A stretch of DNA of 64,000 nt, taken from the NCBI GenBank assembly GCA_041687695.1, contig JAWLBL010000015.1, positions 35,627-99,626 on the forward strand, in the 5' to 3' direction. Source of the DNA: Myxococcota bacterium. GTDB lineage: Bacteria > Myxococcota_A > UBA9042 > PHBI01 > JAWLBL01. Both the position numbers and the translations under genes were made by a program. The notes beneath the pieces are model-generated. The model was not told the DNA's origin. It saw nothing but the letters and a program-made list of their open reading frames with translations, and did not search any database. Each line of letters starts with the position of its first letter. The first letter of the stretch is position 1. This document shows, one piece after another, positions 10,704 to 17,970 of this stretch.

Positions 10704-10739
10704 CATAGCGCCGGCATGGCCGGCGCGCTCCACAGCGCC
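10704..10739. repeat. Solo REP-like palindrome related to the 171-bp array unit
   Basis: CATAGCGCCGGCATGGCCGGCGCGCTCCACAGCGCC vs array CATAGCGCCGGCGTGGCCGGCGCGGTCCACAGCGCC. Confidence 0.75.
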
Positions 10740-10830
10740 TGCGGCGCGAGAACGCATCGTGCCAACGCTCGTTCTTGCGATGGCCCTGAGGGCGAGACGG
10801 CCTGGCTCGGTGCGCGCTGGGTCGGCCCTT

Positions 10831-12279
10831 TCAGGAGCGGCGGGCGACGGCGAGCAGATCGAGGCCGGGCCAGGGGAGGACGTCGTCGAGGCGCTCCAGG
10901 GCGGGGGTGAGCAGCTCGGAGGCCTTGAGTTGGAGGCGCGAGAGGGTCTTGCGGCGCAGGAGGTGGGAGTTGGCCCACCAGGCGGGGAGCCAGGCGCGGG
11001 CGAAGTCCTCGAAGGCCAGCGGGGTGAGGCCGGCCTCGGTGAAGAGGCGCTCGAGGTCGGGGCGGGCGAAGCGGACGCGGTTGCGGCGGCCCTGGTCGAG
11101 CGGGCCGTACAGGTCGGGGTTCTGTGGGGCCAGGACGACGAGCTGGCCGCCGGGGCGCAGGGCGCGGGCGGCGTTTTGGAGGGCGACGACCGGGTCGGGC
11201 TGGCGCTCGAGCAGGTTGAGCATCAGGACGGTGTCGAACTGGCCGGCCAGCGGGTCGAAGTCGGCGGGCTCGGAGGGGTCGACGCGGAGGACCTCGACGT
11301 AGGGTTTACCCAGGGCCCAAGAGCGCAGGTAATGCAGGTGGTGGGGGTTGGTCTCGGCGGCGACGTAGCGGTCGCGCGGGATGAGCTGGCTGGAGAGGCT
11401 GGCGACGCCGGCGCCGAGCTCGAGCACGCGGTCGCCCATGAAGGGGCGCAGGCGGTCGGCGACCCAGCTCTGGAAGCGGCGCGCGTGCTGCAGATCCGCC
11501 AGCATGTGGGTGCCGTAGTCGTCGGGCTGGTACAGATCGTCGATGAGGGCGAAGCGGGCCATGGCGGCGAGGGCCAGGGCGCCGTCCCTGGCGCGGATCT
11601 TCTTGCCCTCCTCGAAGGTGCGCGGGAGGTAGCGGATGGGCACCTCGAAGATGCGGGCGCGGCGCTTGGCGAGCTTGCTGGTCAGCTCGATCTCGATGCG
11701 GAAGTCGCGGCTGCGCAGCGGGATCGACTGGAACAGCGGCGTGCGGATGGCCTTGTAGCAGGTCTCGACGTCGGTCAGATCCAGGTCGGTCACCCAGTTG
11801 CACAGCTGGGTGATGGTCTTGTTGATGAGGGTGTGGCGGTACAGCAGCGTCCGGCGGTAGGGCGCGGCGATGTAGCGCGAGCCGTAGACCGCGTCGGCGC
11901 CCTCTTTGACGAAGGGGACCAGCAGCTTGGGGATGTCGGTCGGGTCGTACTCGAGGTCGGCGTCGTGGATGACCGTCACGTCGCCGGTGGCCCGCGCGAG
12001 CGCCGTTCGGATGGCGGCGCCCTTGCCCTGGTTGGTCTCGTGGCGCAGCAGGACCACCCGCGGGTCGGACGCGGCGACCCGCTCCAGGACCTCCCAGCTG
12101 CCGTCGGTCGAGCGGTCGTCGACGACGATGAGCTCGAGCGAGGCGATGAGCTCGTCCTCGAGCGCCAGCACGCGCCGGAGGCTGGCCTCGACGACGTGGC
12201 GCTCGTTGTAGACCGGGGTCAGGACCGACAGCCGCAGGCGCGGTCCCAGGGCGTTGGCAGCAGCGTTCGGGGGCGTCAC
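10831..12279 (-). CDS. Bifunctional family-2 glycosyltransferase / SAM-dependent methyltransferase
   Basis: LSVLTPVYNE, IVVDDRSTDGS, NQGKGAA, IHDADLEYDP, DVETCYK; C-terminal VLELGAGV SAM motif and ALRPGG. Confidence 0.92.
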   Translation of the reverse strand: MTPPNAAANALGPRLRLSVLTPVYNERHVVEASLRRVLALEDELIASLELIVVDDRSTDGSWEVLERVAASDPRVVLLRHETNQGKGAAIRTALARATGDVTVIHDADLEYDPTDIPKLLVPFVKEGADAVYGSRYIAAPYRRTLLYRHTLINKTITQLCNWVTDLDLTDVETCYKAIRTPLFQSIPLRSRDFRIEIELTSKLAKRRARIFEVPIRYLPRTFEEGKKIRARDGALALAAMARFALIDDLYQPDDYGTHMLADLQHARRFQSWVADRLRPFMGDRVLELGAGVASLSSQLIPRDRYVAAETNPHHLHYLRSWALGKPYVEVLRVDPSEPADFDPLAGQFDTVLMLNLLERQPDPVVALQNAARALRPGGQLVVLAPQNPDLYGPLDQGRRNRVRFARPDLERLFTEAGLTPLAFEDFARAWLPAWWANSHLLRRKTLSRLQLKASELLTPALERLDDVLPWPGLDLLAVARRS

Positions 12280-12378
12280 GCCGCGGAGTCTAGGGTCGTT
12301 TGCCCCCGCCCGCCACCGGGTTTCGGGGCCGACGCGTTGGTTCCGCGCCGAAGGCGCTCTGGAATCGCACCCGTGAGC

Positions 12379-13566
12379 GCGCCGGCGTGGCCGGCGCGAA
12401 CGAGCCTGCGATGGTTCTGGCGCGCCTCGCGGTCGTTCCGCCGCCGCAGGCGGCTCTGGAGCGCGCAGGCCTTGCCTGCGCTGTGCGATCGCGGCGACTC
12501 CTGTGAACCCGAGCGGTCCATAGCGCCGGCGTGGCCGGCGCGGTCCAGAGCGCCGGCGTGGCCGGCGCGAACGAGCCTGCGATGGTTCTGGCGCGCCTCG
12601 CGGTCGTTCCGCCGCCGCAGGCGGCTTTGGAGCGCGCAGGCCTTGCCTGCGCTGTGCGATCGCGGCGACTCCTCTGAACCCGAGCGGTCCATAGCGCCGG
12701 CGTGGCCGGCGCGGTCCATAGCGCCGGCGTGGCCGGCGCGAACGAGCCTGCGATGGTTCTCGCGCGCCACGCGGTCGTTCCGCCGCCGCAGGCGGCTTTG
12801 GAGCGCGCAGGCCATGCCTGCGCTGTGCGATTGCGGCGACTCCTGTGAACCCGGGCGGTCCATAGCGCCGGCGTGGCCGGCGCGGTCCACAGCGCCGGCG
12901 TGGCCGGCGCGAACGAGCCTGCGATGGTTCTGGCGCGCCTCGCGGTCGTTCCGCCGCCGCAGGCGGCTCTGGAGCGCGCAGGCCTTGCCTGCGCTGTGCG
13001 ATTGTCGCAGCTCGTCTGAATCCGCGCGGTCCATAGCGCCGGCGTGGCCGGCGCGGTCCATAGCGCCGGCGTGGCCGGCGCGAACGAGCCTGCGATGGTT
13101 CTCGCGCGCCACGCGGTCGTTCCGCCGCCGCAGGCGGCTTTGGAGCGCGCAGGCCATGCCTGCGCTGTGCGATTGCGGCGACTCCTGTGAACCCGGGCGG
13201 TCCATAGCGCCGGCGTGGCCGGCGCGGTCCACAGCGCCGGCGTGGCCGGCGCGAACGAGCCTGCGATGGTTCTGGCGCGCCTCGCGGTCGTTCCGCCGCC
13301 GCAGGCGGCTCTGGAGCGCGCAGGCCTTGCCTGCGCTGTGCGATTGTCGCAGCTCGTCTGAATCCGCGCGGTCCATAGCGCCGGCGTGGCCGGCGCGGTC
13401 CATAGCGCCGGCGTGGCCGGCGCGAACGAGCCTGCGATGGTTCTCGCGCGCCACGCGGTCGTTCCGCCGCCGCAGGCGGCTCTGGAGCGCGCAGGCCTTG
13501 CCTGCGCTGTGCGATTGTCGCAGCTCCTCTGGGTCCGCGCGGTCCATAGCGCCGGCGTGGCCGGCG
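12379..13566. repeat. Tandem array of about 7 x 171-bp units made of REP-like palindromes (BIME-like)
   Basis: GAACGAGCCTGCGATGG recurs at 12398, 12569, 12740, 12911, 13082, 13253, 13424; hairpins GCGCCGGC-GTG-GCCGGCGC (x2), GCGCAGGC-CWT-GCCTGCGC, GCCGCC-GCA-GGCGGC. Confidence 0.97.
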
Positions 13567-13568
13567 GG

Positions 13569-14780
13569 TCAGTCGCCGCCGCGGGTGCCGTTGAGGGCGA
13601 TGACGCGCAGGGCGACCTCCATCAGATCGCCGTCGCGGTTGATCTTGACCGTGACCTGGTCGCCCGGGCGGAAGCGGTCGAGGGCGTTGTAGAGGTCGTC
13701 GAAGGACTTCACCTGGTACTGGTCGACGCCGACGATGACGTCGCCCAGCACCACGCCGCGGCGGGTCTGCTGCAGGCCCTTGAGGCCCGCGCGGGCGGCG
13801 GGGGTGCCCTCGACCACCTGGGACACGATGACGCCCTCGACGCCGGCGCGGCGCGCGATGGAGTCGTCGACCACCTCGATGCCGATGCCGACGTGCACCG
13901 GCTGGCCGGTCTTGAGGATCTGCGGCACGACGCGCGCGACCGTCTTCCAGGGCACGGCGAAGCCGATGCCGGCGTAGCCGCCGCTGGCCGAGTAGATCAT
14001 CGTGTTCATGCCGATGAGCTGCCCGCGCGAGTCGATGAGCGGCCCGCCCGAGTTGCCCGGGTTGACGGCCGCGTCGGTCTGGATCATGTCGCGGATGGTC
14101 ACGCCGCCCACGCCCATGACCTCTCGCCCGAGCGCCGAGACCACGCCGGTGGTCAGCGTGTGGTCGAGGCCGAACGGGTTGCCGATGGCGATGGCCTTCT
14201 GGCCGACCTCGACCTCGTAGCCGGCGGGCGGGCGGCGGATGGGCGTCAGCTTGTCGGCCGGCGCGTCGATGCGCAGGACGGCGATGTCTTTGCGCGGGTC
14301 GACGCCGACCACCTCGGCCGGCCAGGTGCTGCGGTCGTGGAGCGTGACCGTCAGGCGCGGCGCGCGGCCCTGCGACTGGATGACGTGGAAGTTGGTGACG
14401 ATGTGACCCTGGGCGTCCCAGATGAAGCCAGAGCCGGCGCCGGCGGGGACCTCGGTGGCGCGCATCGAGAAGTGGTCGCGCACGACCTGGGTCTGGGTGA
14501 CGAAGACCGTGGCGGGGGCCGCGGCGCGGAAGACGTCGATGGTGTTGCGCTCGTCGAGCTGGGTGGCGGCGGCCGGCAGCGGGTCGACCAGCGGCGTCTG
14601 GCGGGCGGGCGGCGGGTCGGCCGGCTGGGCGTGGGCCAGCGGGGCCTCGACCGGGATGGGCGCGGTCGTCGGCGGGCTGGAGCCGGGGAGCCAGGTGACG
14701 GCCGTGACGCCGCCGAGGGCGGCGAGGGCGAAGAGGAAGGGCTTGGTCGCGACGCGGAGGCGGGGGGAGGGGGTGCTCAT
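13569..14780 (-). CDS. HtrA/DegP-family trypsin-like serine protease with one PDZ domain
   Basis: GSGFIWD, IVTNFHV, DIAVL, IGNPFGL, IQTDAAVNPGNSGGPL, C-terminal PDZ; N-terminal hydrophobic anchor. Confidence 0.95.
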   Translation of the reverse strand: MSTPSPRLRVATKPFLFALAALGGVTAVTWLPGSSPPTTAPIPVEAPLAHAQPADPPPARQTPLVDPLPAAATQLDERNTIDVFRAAAPATVFVTQTQVVRDHFSMRATEVPAGAGSGFIWDAQGHIVTNFHVIQSQGRAPRLTVTLHDRSTWPAEVVGVDPRKDIAVLRIDAPADKLTPIRRPPAGYEVEVGQKAIAIGNPFGLDHTLTTGVVSALGREVMGVGGVTIRDMIQTDAAVNPGNSGGPLIDSRGQLIGMNTMIYSASGGYAGIGFAVPWKTVARVVPQILKTGQPVHVGIGIEVVDDSIARRAGVEGVIVSQVVEGTPAARAGLKGLQQTRRGVVLGDVIVGVDQYQVKSFDDLYNALDRFRPGDQVTVKINRDGDLMEVALRVIALNGTRGGD

Positions 14781-14914
14781 GCTGCTCCCTGACGTCTTGG
14801 GGTCGAACGCATTCAGCGATGGGCGCCGGTAGACATAGGCGCCGTTCGAACGCGTTCCACCCCTGATCGCGTCCCGCCTGGGCGCGCGCCGCCCCCCGAA
14901 CTTCGGCCGGGGTC

Positions 14915-14943
14915 TTGAACCCCGCGAGATCCGTCGCTAATCT
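14915..14943 (+). promoter_or_regulatory. Candidate sigma70-type promoter
   Basis: TTGAAC (14915-14920) - 17 nt - TAATCT (14938-14943) in a GC-rich intergenic region. Confidence 0.6.
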
Positions 14944-15081
14944 GGGCCTCGCACTCAGCCGGAGCGCCTAACCAGCGCTCCTTGCACGGCTGGCCCGGTG
15001 GACCGTCGACGAGCGGGCGGCCACGCGGGGGCGGGACTGGGTCTCGCGATGCGCAACACGCTGGCAAAAGGAGGTGATCCC

Positions 15082-15126
15082 TTGAAGAGTTCGACTTGGG
15101 TGATGTGTGAGGTGGTGGCCTCCTAG
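15082..15126 (+). CDS. Candidate 14-aa peptide MKSSTWVMCEVVAS
   Basis: TTG start 7 nt after GGAGG of the extended Shine-Dalgarno AAAGGAGGTGATCC (15067-15080); TAG at 15124-15126. Confidence 0.45.
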   Translation: MKSSTWVMCEVVAS

Positions 15127-15197
15127 GCCAGCCTGCGTTGAGGGACGCCAGCGCGCGTCCACAGACAAGGGTGAGCGCCTGGAGCCCAGGCACCACC

Positions 15198-15269
15198 GAG
15201 CCCCGAGGTCCCGCCCCGTCACCGGGTGGGCGATTCCGGAATGGGTCGCAGAAGCCTCGGGGTTTTTTT
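15198..15269 (+). terminator. Intrinsic terminator-like branched stem with T tract
   Basis: GAGCCCCGAGG (15198-15208) pairs with CCTCGGGGTTT (15255-15265), enclosing two small hairpins; T run 15263-15269. Confidence 0.6.
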
Positions 15270-15287
15270 GTGCCCGCCGTCCGGCCC

Positions 15288-15776
15288 TCAGCGGCGGACG
15301 AGCGAGCGAGGGACGGGCGAGGCCTCGTCAACGGGCTGGTCCGAGGGCGCGGTGGGGATCAGCAGCTCGGCGCCGACCGGCGGTCCCGCGACGCAGGTGT
15401 AGCGGACGGTGCGCGAGCCCACCAGGTTGGTCCCCAGGGCGACCGCCTGCGCGCAGGCCAGCTCGCCGAGGCTGTCGTCGATGTCGTCGCACAGGAGCAG
15501 CCCGCCGGCGATGCCGACCGCCGTGAGGCCGAGCGAGATGGCGACGTCGATGGCGCTCGACTCGCTCTCGACGTCGGCGATGCCGTACTGGCACTCCTCT
15601 CCGGACACGCCGTCGAGCTTGACCAGGCCGTACAGCAAGAACCACTGCCGATCGGTGTAGCTCTCGCCACGCGGCACGTCGCTGGGGACTTGGATGGTGG
15701 TCGAGTAACAGCCGGAGGCGGCGGCCATCAGGCAAGCCGCGGCGCCGGCCGCGATGGAGCGGATCGCGGTACGCAT
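15288..15776 (-). CDS. Small lipoprotein (Bor/Iss-like)
   Basis: MRTAIRS...AASGCYSTT lipobox; QWFLLYGLV, ECQYG, hydrophobic segment, SRTVRYTC. Confidence 0.6.
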   Translation of the reverse strand: MRTAIRSIAAGAAACLMAAASGCYSTTIQVPSDVPRGESYTDRQWFLLYGLVKLDGVSGEECQYGIADVESESSAIDVAISLGLTAVGIAGGLLLCDDIDDSLGELACAQAVALGTNLVGSRTVRYTCVAGPPVGAELLIPTAPSDQPVDEASPVPRSLVRR

Positions 15777-15888
15777 GGGACCTCGATGGTGCGTTGCGGG
15801 AGTGGGTTGGGAGAGGCCCAACGCTAACACGCAACGCGAGACTCCCAAGGCTCCGGTCGCAACGCCGGGGCGGCGCCCCGACCGGGGC

Positions 15889-16719
15889 TCAGAAGCGGCC
15901 CATCACCCCGATCGAGGGCGCGACGACCGTGGCGCTGAAGGCGAGGTCGCGGCTGGTGCCCTCGAAGACGTCGAGGGTGACGTCGGCGGACAGGCGGGCG
16001 ACCGTCAGCTCGGCCGCGAGCCAGACCCAGCGAAAGCCGATGGCCCCGCCGACCTGCAGGCCGAGGTAGCGGCTGGAGCCGCCGAAGTTCACGAGCGTCA
16101 AGGTTTCGCTGCCGGTGTCGATGCTGGTGGCGTAGTCGAAGCCGGTCATCTGCAGCTTGCCGCCGAACCAGAGGTGGCCGATGTCGTTGCTCCAGCCGAA
16201 GAGCAGCGGGACGTCCAGCTCGCCGCGGGTGGGATCGCCGATCTTCACGACGTCGAACAGCTCGGCCACGGCGCCGGCGGTGTAGGCCGACAGCCCGAGG
16301 CCGATGGAGGCGTCGATGCCGTGGTGCTCGTCGCGCAGGAACTGCCAGCGGGCGCCGACGCGGATGGCGCTGCTGGCCAGGCGCAGGCCCACCTCGTAGC
16401 GGCCGTTCCAGCCGTAGGCGCCCACCAGCTGGCCGCCCACGCCGGGCAGGCCGACCAGCACCTTGGCCGCGGCGTCGTACAGGGCGGCGAGGTCGCCCTC
16501 GTCGAGGGTGCCGCCCTGCCCGACCTCGGTGCCGAGGCGTCCGCCCAGCTCGACCGCGTCGGCGATGACGCCGGGCGCGACGCTGCCGTCGAGGCCGACG
16601 CCGACGTGGACGCCGTCGTGGACGCTGGCGGGCTGCATGGTGCTGAGCACGGGGGCGCAGCCGGCCGCGGCGAGGACGAGGGCCAGCGCGGGAGCGACGG
16701 AGGGGGGCAGACGCGTCAT
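15889..16719 (-). CDS. Lipoprotein, probable outer-membrane beta-barrel
   Basis: Lipobox AAGC; alternating beta-strand pattern; C-terminal Phe (IGVMGRF). Confidence 0.7.
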   Translation of the reverse strand: MTRLPPSVAPALALVLAAAGCAPVLSTMQPASVHDGVHVGVGLDGSVAPGVIADAVELGGRLGTEVGQGGTLDEGDLAALYDAAAKVLVGLPGVGGQLVGAYGWNGRYEVGLRLASSAIRVGARWQFLRDEHHGIDASIGLGLSAYTAGAVAELFDVVKIGDPTRGELDVPLLFGWSNDIGHLWFGGKLQMTGFDYATSIDTGSETLTLVNFGGSSRYLGLQVGGAIGFRWVWLAAELTVARLSADVTLDVFEGTSRDLAFSATVVAPSIGVMGRF

Positions 16720-16936
16720 GCGGTGAATCTAGGACAGGCCGCGGCCGATGGGGAGGGGATTCGGGCCGGGGGCGTTCGGCCGGGGCGCGCCCGGAAGCTC
16801 CGCGCTCGAAGCCGACTTCATTACAGTGAACCCGTTGGACCACGCCTGAGCCCTCCGCCCGCAGATCCGGGCTCGCTCGCCGGCCGTCCACACCCCCTCC
16901 GCCTTCCCCCCGCCACCTCTGTCCCGAGGGTGCCGT

Positions 16937-17197
16937 ATGCCCGTGACCCCCACCACGGCCCAGATCCGCGAGCAGGTGACGTCCATCCTGGCCGACATGA
17001 TCCCCGGCGCGCCCGTGTCGTTCGTCGACCCCGACTCGCCACTCAGCGACGAGCTGGAGCTCGAGGCCGCCGATCTGGCCAACCTGCTGGTCGGCCTGCG
17101 CCACCGGCTCGGCGTGCACATCCCGGACGCGGCCATCGGCGAGACGACCTCGCTCAACACCATCGTCCGCTTCCTGCAGCGCAAGCTCCAGGCCTGA
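16937..17197 (+). CDS. Acyl-carrier-protein-like protein lacking the phosphopantetheine serine
   Basis: 86 aa; PDSPLSDELELEAADLANLL..LRHRLGVHIPD aligns with ACP L..DLGLDSLD...LE..FG..IPD but has EAA in place of DSL. Confidence 0.65.
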   Translation: MPVTPTTAQIREQVTSILADMIPGAPVSFVDPDSPLSDELELEAADLANLLVGLRHRLGVHIPDAAIGETTSLNTIVRFLQRKLQA

Positions 17198-17224
17198 GCC
17201 GACCCGGCGCGGTCGCCGGTCCTA

Positions 17225-17406
17225 GAGCCTGCATTTCTCACCAGCTCCTACTGCGCCCGGGGCTAGCACCGCACCTCCGCGGCGTTCTCGCTCCGGCCGG
17301 CTCGACGTACCGTCAAGTACGCCTTCACCGTCCTCCACTCCGAGCACCGCGGATCTGCGGCACTATCCCTCGGGCTCGCTACGGAGCTGGTGAGAAATGC
17401 AGGCTC
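17225..17406. repeat. 182-bp palindromic, MITE-like element
   Basis: Perfect 24-bp terminal inverted repeats GAGCCTGCATTTCTCACCAGCTCC (17225-17248) / GGAGCTGGTGAGAAATGCAGGCTC (17383-17406), imperfect inner stem, apical CGTAC..GTACG. Confidence 0.85.
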
Positions 17407-17476
17407 GGGCGATTGTCCTTTCGGGACGAGGGCTTAACGTCATTGGACGGGGACGTCCAGACGACAGGAGCCCAGC

Positions 17477-17935
17477 ATGTACCCGAGCGAGGTCCGGCGA
17501 CAGGTCCTGAGAGAGCACCAAGGGCTGCGTGCCCAGCTGGAGCGCATCGAGGCGCTGGCCGACGACCTGCGGCGCGGAGAGCGCGACGCGGGCGACCGCC
17601 GCGGCCTGCGCGAGCGGGTCGAGCAGCTGGCGCGGGCGGTCGAGGCGCACGAGCGGCTCGAGGACGAGCTGCTGGGGCCCGCGCTCGAGGAGTCGACCAA
17701 CTGGCGCAAGGTGTGCATCGCGGACATGCACCGCTACCACGAGACGCAGCGGCGTGAGGTCGCGACGACGCTGCAGGTCCTGCGGAACCCCGAGGCGGAC
17801 GCGGCGAGGCTGGCGCGGGCGGTCGGGCGCCTGGTGCGCGTGCTGCGGGCCGACCTCGAGTGCGAGGAGCGGGATCTGCTGGCGCCGGCGCTGCTGCGCG
17901 ACGATCCGCTGATGACGGACAACGTCAGCGGCTGA
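17477..17935 (+). CDS. Hemerythrin-like (HHE) domain protein
   Basis: AGGAG RBS; LREHQGLR, AHERLEDELL.P, MHRYHETQR, DLECEERDL. Confidence 0.75.
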   Translation: MYPSEVRRQVLREHQGLRAQLERIEALADDLRRGERDAGDRRGLRERVEQLARAVEAHERLEDELLGPALEESTNWRKVCIADMHRYHETQRREVATTLQVLRNPEADAARLARAVGRLVRVLRADLECEERDLLAPALLRDDPLMTDNVSG

Positions 17936-17970
17936 GGGCGCCAGAGTCGGGCGGGGCGCGCGCCGCGGGC

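Larger units (their letters stand above)
14950..15269 (+). ncRNA. Candidate stand-alone structured RNA or small-ORF mRNA, family not recognised
   Basis: Bounded by promoter and T7 tract; several hairpins; contains AAAGGAGGTGATCC; flanking genes both on the minus strand. Confidence 0.55.

Noticed and set aside
12379..13566. CRISPR array
   Set aside because: Whole 171-bp units are near-identical with no unique spacers, and no cas genes are in the window
10555..13692. 1045-aa plus-strand ORF
   Set aside because: Antisense shadow of the glycosyltransferase extended through the stop-free repeat array
15067..15080. Minus-strand 16S rRNA fragment
   Set aside because: Match stops after 14 nt; a real 16S end would continue AGCCGCA whereas here it is CTTGAAG
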